Assembly: GCF_031769215.1 (NCBI RefSeq) | Contig: NW_026782241.1 | Location: 124,001-188,000 of the forward strand | Length of the DNA stretch: 64,000 nucleotides | Source of the DNA: Ylistrum balloti | Lineage: Eukaryota | Reading direction: 5' to 3' | Position numbers and translations under genes: made by a program | In this document: in pieces, positions 53,300 to 64,000 of the stretch | Position numbering within the stretch: the stretch's first letter is position 1 | Layout: the number at the start of each line of letters is the position of its first letter | The notes under the pieces: generated by a model | What the model was told of the DNA's origin: nothing | Database searches by the model: none | Seen by the model: only the letters and a program-made list of their open reading frames with translations

Positions 53300-53875
53300 C
53301 TGGTCTCCAATCCTTACAGAAAGCTAGTTTGTAATCTGTGCTATCAGTTATTCTCTAATAATCCTTAGAGCAGGTTAATCTCTAATCCTTACAGTAACCT
53401 AGTCTGTATTCCGTACTGTCCGCTAATCTCTGATCCTTACAGTAGGTTAATCTCTGATCCTTACAGTAAGTTTATCTCTAATTCTTACAGTAAGTTTATC
53501 TCTAATCCTTACAGTAAGTTTATCTCTGATCCTTACAGTAAGTTTATCTCTAATTCCTACAGTAAGTTTATCTCTAATCCTTACAGTAAGTTAATCTCTA
53601 ACCCGTACAGTAAGTTAATCTCTAACCCGTGCAGTAGGTTAATCTCTAACCCGTACAGTAAGTTAATCTCTAACCCGTACAGTAGGTTAATCTCTTATCC
53701 TTACAGTAAGTTAATCTGTAATCCGTACTGTCAGCTAATCTGTGATCTTTAGAGTAGGTTAGTCTCTAACCCGTATAGCAAGTTAATCTCTTATCCTTAC
53801 AGCAAGCAAGTCTGTAATCAGTACTGTCAGCTAATCTCTGATCCTTAGAGTAGGTTAATCTCTTATCCTTACACA
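53300..53875. repeat. 25-bp tandem repeat (TCTCTAATCCTTACAGTAAGTTAA-like) in the intron of the secreted-protein gene
   Basis: Direct reading. Confidence 0.88.
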
Positions 53876-55179
53876 CTAGGTACATAGACACCGTATCCCT
53901 CCTCTCTAAAACACATTAAAATGACCTTACACAGCAGGGACATAACTTCCTATCTGTCCCTGCAAACACCTGATTATGACCAAATTCTTAATATTCATTC
54001 AATGCACTTTAAATCTTTAAATTCATAAAGAGATATGATACCACAGTGTTGCTACGTTTATCTGATATTTCAACCACGGAAAACTAAAATGTTTTATCAG
54101 TCTCGATTGAAATGGAAACTAGTGTAAAAACCTAAAAATAGTCCTCTACCTAAAACATCTGTTGTTCAAAAAGAAATTTAAGGATATTCGTTGAATGTCT
54201 GAGATAGGGTCAGGAATCTGCATCTAAGTATGAAACACATATACCTTAGAACTCGAAAATAAAACGCGACTTTTCTTTAATAGTAAGCAAATATTTTATC
54301 TATGTAAGAAACTATTGTTTTAGAGGTAATTTGTTTATGGATTTTTGAGATATCTCAAAACAAAATAATGAAATAAAGAAATATTTAAAAACAACGCGTT
54401 CCGTTCTCATATCGATATTAGTAGTTTAACAGGCTTGTCGGAGCCGGAACATCTGAACATCTGACGAGGACGAAAAGCAGCCTATCCACAATCGTATCCA
54501 GCTTCTTTGACAATTTGATTTTATTAATAATTTTTGACATATGTTGGATGTTTATATAAAGTAGTCAGATTATGTGACGTGTTATACTTATCATGTCGGG
54601 AGTGCCAAGTTATCTATTATTTTTGTTAAGCACTATACTTTGTCTTTGTCTGCAAAACATGTCACGAGAATATTAATGTTTTTATACTTTGTACTATTAT
54701 GCGCTAACTGTTTGTATGATATAAATGTAACGTTTACGAGGTGTTGACAACCATTAACTTGTATAATTAAGTAATTAATGCGTATTAAACAGAGTCATCA
54801 CGTTAGCCTTGTTTTAACACCTTAACCCTTGACCATAAATTCTCCAGGACGTGCTTACGAGATGAACAGTTTGTGACTTTTCAGAACTAGATTAAAGATG
54901 TTTTTAAAATTGTTTGCACAATCTTCAATGGGACTCCGTGTGAATGTTTCTTTTGATGGACTTTTTCATCATTTTAATAATTTTGAGTTTATATTAAAAT
55001 TTTGTTCACACATTGCCATGGTAATCTCATCAACTTCAGTCAACAAAATGTAATTCATGATAATGTATCTTTACCTTTTTAGGATTGCATAACCTTTTAT
55101 ATACAACAAGTTATCATTACCACATCAATACAGTCTTGTGTTTGTTAATACACTGTAGTATAATTATCATTACTATTGA

Positions 55180-55740
55180 GCTCCCTGCTGTAGCCAGTTG
55201 CCTCTTTGTCTTAGAAACTCACTGTTGTAGCCAGTAACTTCTTTGTCTTAGAAAATCTGTCGTGGCCAGTAAATTCTTTATCTAGAAACTCTTCCTGTCG
55301 CAGCCAGTAGCCTCTTTGTCTTAGAAACTTTCCCTGTCGTAGCCAGTAGCCTCTTTGTCTTAGAAACTTTCCCTGTCGTAGCCAGTAGCTTCTTTGTCTT
55401 TGAAACTCTCCCTGTCGTAGCCAGTAGCTTCTTTGTCTTTGAAACTCTCCCTGTCGTAGCCAGTAGCTTCTTTGTCTTAGAAACTTTCCCTGTCGTAGCC
55501 AGTAGCTTCTTTGTCTTTGAAACTCTCCCTGTCGTAGCCAGTAGCTTCTTTGTCTTAGAAACTTTCCCTGTCGTAGCCAGTAGCTTTTTGTCTTTGAAAC
55601 TCTCCCTGTCGTAGCCAGTAGCCCCGTTGTCTATAAACTTTCCCTGTCGCAGCAAGTAACCTCTTTGTCTAGAAACCCCGTTTCGTAGCCAGTTGCCTCT
55701 TTGTCTGGAAACTCCTTGTCGTAGCCAGTAACCTCGTTGT
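55180..55740. repeat. 39-bp tandem repeat (CTTTGTCTTAGAAACTTTCCCTGTCGTAGCCAGTAGCYT), about 14 copies
   Basis: Direct reading. Confidence 0.92.
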
Positions 55741-58700
55741 CACAGACGTGGTTGTTAAATGTCATAATAACAGATTGGTTAAAGGGTACAAACGCTTACT
55801 GATTGCATAAAAACAGCACCAGGAGCTAAATGTTATTCTTTAACACCGAGACTCGTGTAGGGTTCTCGACGACACTGCAGTGTTTTTGTCAAAGCATGCT
55901 TTATGCTGTAATTTAGCTATTGGGTATTGATACTGTGTTCCATGCTCATGCTTTGATATAGCATTTGCGATTTGATACTGTGATAAATGTTTGTTTTTGT
56001 TTTGTGTTTGAAACACCTGGCTTACGTAAATGACTGGTTATCGTCTTTTGTGCAAAATCGTGTAGGTAGCGTAGATAACAGACAATATAAGCTGAAAACG
56101 GAATGTTTACTTCCCTCTGACAATAGTCTCAAACCGAGACTGTTTCGAATAAGCTGTATATTTAAGTCAGAATGCCTATTTTATTATTTCACATTATTTC
56201 ACTTATGCAAGGTATAAGAGAAATATAGTGGCAGAATATCTTACAATGTTTTAAAGTAAATAATTTTAACACTGATTTTAGCATGGACTCAATGCTGTAT
56301 CGAACGCTACATGAAACACGAGAAAAGATTAAAATGAAACATTTCTTTCATACTTGGTACATTTTTGTACTCAACTACGTCGTATCATATTTTTACGGTC
56401 TGGTGCATTAAGCCCAAGCAAAGTGCCGTCTAGACAACAGGTGCCCCAATGTTAAGGTCCATGTCAGTAACGTCCCTCCTTTAAAGGATATCATCATGAT
56501 TCTGACCTTTTTATATGCATTTTTGACATTTTTTAAGCAAGTCAAGTAACAAATAAATATTCCCTCGGATATCAACATTGAAAGTTATACTTTTTAAAGG
56601 GGAAGTAAAATGATGGAAATGATATTTTCAAGGAAATTCGTAGGAAAATGGATATGTTTTTTTCGATATTTCCAATACACTTTTTCCAAAATACTTTATG
56701 TTGCGGCCATCACTTAAAAATTCATTGGCATTAGCAGGCTTTCGTAAGTTTGAAAGGATTAGGATAAATTTACACATGGAATTTTTCCAACGCAGAGGAT
56801 CAGTTTATGTTTCTGATAACTTTAATGGAATTTTGCTTATGGCTTATAGGTCAAAAGTATGATACTGAACTGAATTATGACATATGCCCCAGTGAAAAGA
56901 GTTATCTTTGATTTTCGTAATGATATCACTGATGTCCCTCAACACAAGCGCTTCCGTAATGGACTAAGTTGCAAGTTAATAGTATATTACAGTTACTAGA
57001 TATGGAGAAAGTCTTTTGTCATTGAAAATTCATTTGCGATAACGATGGCGTTAAAACCAGATAAATATAAACAAACAATAAAATACGTCAAATTTTTAGT
57101 CTGAACTGCTTTTCTGCGGTTATTTCTTAGCTTCTATTCCTATCTGTAACCGTTTCTTATTCTTTATTAATCTTAACTCTTCACACTTGGCTTTCGGTAT
57201 GATCTGCTTCTCTGGGTTCTTTCTTAAATTCTACTCCTATCTGTAACCGTTCCTTAATCTTTATTAATCTTTGGCTTTCGGTATGTAGGACACGGATTCA
57301 AATGGAAATGGAAAATCATAACATGATATGTTCTACTTCGCATGAAAACAATACAAAAGCTAACGTTCAAATTTATGAGTGTTAAAAAAACAAGAAAATA
57401 CGAACATGTCAAAATAATCATTACCCATACTCAATGTAAATATAACTAGGGCAGCATCAATCTTTAAGTCAACCAACTTTGAAACTTAGGGGGCGACAGA
57501 GGGAAACGAATTAGCTATTCCCATGTCTGTTTGATTCTACTCTGGGTTTCTAGTAGTGCATTACAGAAATATTATATTTTTAGATTGTGCATTTTATGGG
57601 ACACGACATTTGACTTATCTGACGGGTTTTGCTTGATAAACTATGTCCAGAAATTCTTCTCCTGACAAGATTAATGACTTAACGTATGTTTGAAGACTTA
57701 TATGTTCACACGTTGACTTAAAATGACTGGTTAGTTTGTAAAAGAGAACTGTTTTATTGTTCAAAATAAAGCGACGTCTCTGGCATTACATAATTTAACT
57801 CAACAAAGGACATGTACATTTTGTTTTCTGTTGATATGAAGTTCACTAAATGAAATGATTTAGTTAGTAAAGTGTACAATTCTGGAGAAAATTTAATTGA
57901 TTAATTGATGCTCTAGGATAGAACAGTATGAACAGGACACAAACTAATCACAATATCACAATATACCACACAATATGCAGATGATGAAATAACACCGTAA
58001 ACCACACACAGTACACTAGTAATTATATAACACATTGTACCACACACAGCACACTGGGGATGAGATAACACTATGTACTATCGGTGGTTCGTTTAGAGTC
58101 CCTGCTGACTTATTTTATGACTGATTGTCGCTTGACCGATGACATGAGGTTTTGTGGTCAGTTTAGATGAAACCCATATTTCCTATCCGCCAAGCAGTTG
58201 TCAGATGAATAACAGTGTCGACTTTTGATGTTATGGTCATGCTCATATGACCACAGTACCTTATTGTGGAGGTCAAGCTGAGGTAATGGCAGTGTCCAGT
58301 ATCCTTGATACTCTGATACCAAACACTACGGACATTGTCCGAGAAATTGTGTTTCTATAGTCCACATGATGTTATAAATACAGTAATTTTAAAAATTGTG
58401 AAAAATGAAGTTTTGTATAGAGTAATGTAGGCTACAGGTTATGAAGTGATAACAACACTCTTCTACAGTTTAGAGTCTATTTTCATTTATGAAATGAAAA
58501 TATTTTTGCAGGTCTATCACATACCTTAGGTCATTAGGTGATAAATAAATTTGTTAAATGTACTGTAAACTTCGGTATTTGAGATTATTTATGTTTTGTT
58601 TTGTAAACATATCACAAATTTAATGTACATATTGTACATTTTCTATTTTCATGTTACTAAACTCCTTTGTTGAATAGAAACGGATATCATGTCGTAAAAA

Positions 58701-60814
58701 CAAAAAAATATTTGCTAGGCTTTCTCCATTAGTTGATTTTGATTCAGAGGTAACCTTGTTGTCCTTTGATGTGAAAACTAACAATTTATAATCATGATGA
58801 CAGTACTTAGAAATCTATTCTTCTCTGCACCAGGTAGCTACACAACGCTTTTGTTTTAATAAATCATAGCTTTTGTCAACCTTGTACATACGACATGATG
58901 TACTGCTACGCTGCTAAAGAAAGGGTGCGGATTTCAAGAGGTAGCCATAGGGATATTGGCCTGAATCGTCATGTTTTATCATTAGTTTCATTATGAGTAT
59001 ATACAAATAAATGATTAAAGGCATTTGATAAAAGCAAAGTAAATAAAAAATGAAAAATGTAATATTTTAAAAGTTAATTTAAAAAAAAATATTTTAATTT
59101 CATATTTTTTTCGGCTTACCTTCCTGCTGTTGTTTATAGCGTTGACTAGGCATAAAGATAACAGTCCATTAATTCCAACCTATGATGCTGTGTCGGAATG
59201 AATGATTTATTAAGATGACCACACATTGCTTGACCTATAAGGAGGGGTGTGAGCGAAGTTATCAGTAAACGGCGTTTGTCCACTGAAACATTCAGAATCT
59301 TCACTAACGATGTCATCTTTCGGACTGATTTCATTCTGTATTGTACTGATATTGGCATCACCATGTCTCGGATTTTTCGATTTCTTTGACATGTACGATG
59401 GTTTCCAAGGTAGGTCAATGCTTTAGTTGAAATTATACTGATTCATGGACATATATGACGGTGACAGGATCAAGGCAAATTCAACGAATCTACGTTTGTG
59501 TTTCATATTGAATTATCTATCTTAAGGTATTCATAACACATGAATGCCAACTGAAAACACTTTAATACATATATTGACCGTTTTCAATTTTCATTTTATC
59601 GTAAAGGAAGACAACTTCAGTTTGCTTATATTACTTACAAAATTCAGACACTGTTGGCAGTTCATGAGCTGGTAATACACAACTGACTTTGGTAAGGTTT
59701 CATCGTCCATCTGAGCAATGCAATACAATTGTAAAAGGATCCTTTACCTGATTAAGACTTTTTAAAGTCCGTAATACCACTTGATGGCAAGGATTTTATT
59801 AGATGTTTTCCAGAAGTCTATTTTTACCGTTCACAAACATCGTGTTTTTATTGTGTATTATATTATGTTGCATTTGTTTTATATCAAATAACTAAAAAGT
59901 CAATTATATCTCTTAAAAGAAAGGTAATGTGTCAATAAAGAAAAAGATCATTTTTGAGGTATCTCTATATTGTGTGTAAATCTACATAATGAAGTGACAT
60001 ATGATATCAATACAATAATGAGAATTTTTATTCTTGCTTCTATTTCTTAATTTAACAGTTTGTTTTCGAGACGACTCAGGTCGCGAAGTGATATGTAAAC
60101 ATCCATGCAGTGTTAGGTTTGTTACCGAATATTAGATTTATAAACAGAATTTTACATCACGAATTTTCCATGTTTTAAAATATTATGATGTTTATCAGTT
60201 TAAGTATTCGTGAAGCCTATAACTTGTATCTAAAAATGATATTAATGGTAAAGAAATAACAATCAGAAAAACAAAGACAACTTTAATCGACTAAATGGGT
60301 TTTAAAAAATAAATATTCAATTTACATTCATACAGGAAACAAAGAGGTTAATAATTCGAAAATATATGGGTAACAACTAACAAAAATAAAAATAGAAGAA
60401 TTATTTATCAGACAATGTTATAAAAGGAGTGAAAAACAAGGGAGATAATAAACAAAGGGTGTGATAATAAGGTTACGATAGAAGGGGAGGACTAAGGTAG
60501 AAAAAATGATATGTTAACGTGAGTGATAATTACAATACAAATGATAAACAGTTGATGTGATATAGGGGTGATAATAACAAGGGAGATAAAAAGGGGCTAT
60601 AATATCAGGGATGATATTGGCAACGAGAGATAATCATAAAAATATTATAGACGTGGAATTAATTGACAAAATCAGAGATAAGATGCGATTGAATATGACA
60701 TTATTATTTTTTGTATTGATATTGGTTACATGTATATCATGATAACAGTCGTGTTTTTTTATCGTATAAACATATCGGTTATCGGGTGGCGCAATAGTAA
60801 TACAATGTAATGTC

Positions 60815-61315
60815 ACTAGTTTCTACGAAAGATAATGTAACATCACCTCATTCTACGTAAAATAATGTAACATCATCTTATTCTATGTAAGATAATATAA
60901 TATCACCGTTTTCTATGTAAGGTATTGTAATATCACCATTTTCTGCGTAACATATTGTAATATCACCATTTTCTATGTAAGGTATTGTAATATCACCAGT
61001 TTCTATGTAGGGTATTGTAATATCACCAGTTCCTACGTAAAATATTGTAATATCACCATGTTCTATGTAAGGTATTGTAATATCACCATTTTCTATGTAA
61101 GGTATTGTAATATCACCATTTTCTGCGTAACATATTATAATATCACCAGTTTCTACGTAAAATAATGTAATACCATCATTTTCTACATAAGATATTGTAA
61201 CATCACTAGTTTCTACGTAAGGTACTGTAATATCACCAGTTCCTACGTAAAATAATGTAATACTATAATTTTCTACGTAAGATAATGTAACATCACAAGA
61301 GTCTACATAAGATAA
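60815..61315. repeat. 30-bp tandem repeat (TTGTAATATCACCATTTTCTATGTAAGGTA), about 16 copies
   Basis: Direct reading. Confidence 0.9.
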
Positions 61316-63256
61316 GTGAAATTACAAATTATTAGGTTATAACATTAGTTTAACTGTTCCGCTATCAGTCTTGGTAAGCAAATAAATAATTCACCACAGA
61401 AAGTGACCATGAATCACTCGTGAAATTATGACATTAATATATTTCTTATGTCGAGCGATATAATGTCGGCCATTAGAACCTAAAACGAACATAGGTGATG
61501 GACATCAGAGGTGTGTGAATTAGGAAAGACAGTTGTTCCCATCTCAGATGTTAACCGTTGATATGTCTTCATCTGGATTTTGACATTTTATTTTCTCCAG
61601 TTGCCCCGCAAGTTTCAACAATTCAGGTACTAAGCATAAAAGAAGAGTACTAGAAAAATAAAATAACTGAGTGATAAAGTTTTATCAATTATCTGGCTTT
61701 ACTAAATCCAATTTTAAATTTGAATCGGGTTATTATTGTGTGTCGTTTGTAAAATTTGATCAAATATGTATGTTTCTGAATACAAATTTAAGTGCATAGT
61801 ATATGGTTTTATGTCGTCAGGTGAAAAAATATTCTTTAATGTTAATGTCATAGTAATAACGTTGTTAGAAATCCAGATGTTATATACGTTTGTATGTAAA
61901 AACGTGGTAATATAAATCACTAGCTAAAAATATAGCCTGGAATGTTATGGCTACGGTAATATGAGTCGTTAGTGACCGGACGAGACATATTCTTAAATGT
62001 TTTAGTTGTGGTTATATACGTATACTTAAACATTGTTATAACCCTAAATCATTTGTTCTTTTTGGTATGTACTCTGTCAGCAACTGAAAAAAAAAACTTC
62101 ATAATAGAAAAAATATACCGAATTTAGTTTGTGTGTTGTTCTGATGATTATGTTTATAAAGGCTGTTCACGCAACCTTTATTTAATAGGTATTATAAATA
62201 TGTAAACAATATGTATGAACGAGGGCGTATGTGAGTATTATAAACATTAGCTGATATACCAGTGGGAACATTTGATAAGATATTGACTTTTTCTCCCTGT
62301 TTTTCATTGTTTTCATATCCATAGGCTAAATGGTTTTATTTTAATTTCTGCAGATTAAAGTTTTTATGCATTTAATGAACTTTTTATGAATTTACATTAA
62401 TGCTTATGCTGTCTGTTTGATTCTAATGGCAAAATATTTTTGAACAAAATTTAAAGATTGTAAAAACGACACACATGGGAATAACACTTTTTCATAATTA
62501 AGTGTCAGATACGGTAAAGCCAAACAATGAATTAACCTGCATTATACAGCTGTCGTTCCAGAACTCGTCAGGGATGCCTAAACTTTGAAGCCTAGTAGGC
62601 GACGAATCCAAAATGATTAAACGAAAAGTAAAAATATAGACAGGGAGGTGCAGCAGTCCTATAGTTAGAAGTTAAAAAAGTTGAGGTCGGTGTTATGAAC
62701 ACATTTAGTGACAAGGTATAATCAGAACACTGTTATCCTATCATACTTAATGACGTTTCTAACATTTCATGTATACAATAAACACGACAATGGATAAGAA
62801 ATGTGTAATAATGATAATAAAAATACATGTCGTGGGTGATAGACAAATGTGAAATCATACATTACAACAAGTCCATATTGGGGTAACAACGCATTGTTTG
62901 AAAAAGAACAAGAAACGGTACAGTATGCATTTGATGGCTATAAAGACGGCTGTGTCAATGTCTTATACATTGTGATTGATTTTGTTTTGTTTTGTTTTTT
63001 TTTCATTGATTTTTGGTAGGAGCCACGTCTGGGATCAATAATGTCCCGAATTCAGTATTCATTCCATATGAGACACTGGCATAGCCTTCGCTCAAGTCTT
63101 CAAAGACACCGCGTATCGTTAGTGGTACTTTTCAAACATTGTGAAGTCACTCCAAACTCTTGACTAAGCAAAAGAGGAGATGATTATATAAACATATTTC
63201 CATATATTGTTTTGGTACTCACAACTTACCATATTTGTCTATTTGTGTGATTACAG

Positions 63257-63612
63257 AGCAGAGATATGGTTGCCAAACAGACGGAGGTTATTGTTTAGAT
63301 ATGTACCCACCTCCAGCATCACAAGGAGGTGCTGGAGGAGAGCCACCGGAAGTCGAAATGGAAGGAGGAGCACCAACTGCTCAACCTCATCAGCCAGCTG
63401 GAGGCCATGGAGGCCATGGAGCCCCTGGAGCCCACGGGAGAGGAAAAACCCCAGGCAGACCTGGCGCGAACCCTCCCCCGGCCACACCAGCACCTCCACG
63501 AAGGATGGTTGCTCACCCGATGCATTACATCCGTCAGAACTGTAGGAGTTTTGATTTTGACTACTTCAGTTGCGGTAGAACAGGGGGCGTGTGTTGTTAC
63601 CAGAGGCCATAG
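63257..63612 (+). CDS. Exon 2 of the secreted protein: six-Cys beta-defensin-like spacing split by a Gly/Pro/His-rich loop
   Basis: gattacag|AG CAG AGA completes G+AG=Glu in phase with exon 1. GC-rich island in AT-rich DNA. CQTDGGYC-x82-CRSFDFDYFSCGRTGGVCCYQRP*. The link to exon 1 across a 10.8-kb intron is inferred from phase and from the lack of another partner exon. Confidence 0.8.
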
Positions 63613-64000
63613 TCATCGTTCATACCTCAGGTACATGTATCGTCTTATTTAGTGTCGTGGAAATTGCTAATTGCTGTATGCATTTAGATATATGTTTACA
63701 TTTGTGTAATACTAACAAAATCAGGTCATTTCCAAGACGAAATTTGTTTATGCTCCTTGTATGAATGATTAATGATTGTAAAACCTTATCACAGATTCTG
63801 TTTTATTACACGTAATTCGTAAGTTAGTTTCGATTTGCATAAATGTTATGGTAAGAGCGTTGCTAACAACACTATGATAAAAAGTGATGTTTATTCCACA
63901 TTTATTTATTATTGATACAGCCGTTTAGCCTCAATAGAGTATATCATCATCATTGTGTTGTTAGGAAATATTCTGCTTCTATGATATGAAATTAGAGGTA

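Noticed and set aside
54431-54552. Hammerhead-ribozyme-like core CTGACGA-GGAC-GAAA
   Set aside because: No valid NUH cleavage triplet with either candidate stem I/III pairing, and stem II is too short. At most a relic of a retroelement end.
55278-55655. (KKLLATTGKVSKT)n ORF
   Set aside because: Arises from a 39-bp unit that is a multiple of 3; no splice sites or start context.
63021-63125. Possible extra exon after the acceptor tttttggtag
   Set aside because: No convincing donor in the phase needed for the 63257 acceptor.
63207-63652. Overlapping alternative-frame and antisense ORFs on the GC-rich exon
   Set aside because: Shadow ORFs; only the 63257-63612 frame has a phase-matched acceptor and a coherent Cys pattern.

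Overview
AT-rich eukaryotic genomic DNA with spliced genes, dense minisatellites and two N-gaps. The SINE, LINE and Helentron-type relics suggest a bivalve mollusc (inference). No prokaryotic features or CRISPR arrays were found. Two protein-coding genes can be built by hand with canonical, phase-matched GT-AG junctions. (1) Minus strand: a dispatched homolog 3 (DISP3/PTCHD2) gene with 15 coding exons at 28570-41030 (3855 nt, 1284 aa), plus a probable non-coding first exon and promoter near 42533-42631. (2) Plus strand: an unrecognised two-exon secreted protein (52230-52434 + 63257-63612, 186 aa). It has a signal peptide, an abductin-like GGMGGG tract and six cysteines in beta-defensin spacing (C-x6-C...C-x9-C-x6-CC), but with an 82-aa Gly/Pro/His loop where defensins have about 3-5 residues. 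This is the most interesting item in the window. Also notable: a 52-bp tandem array that multiplies a DISP3 splice acceptor, a CR1-like LINE flanked by a perfect 79-bp direct repeat, and a 70-bp array carrying one hairpin per unit downstream of DISP3. Most long ORFs in the supplied track are artefacts of tandem repeats or N-runs.
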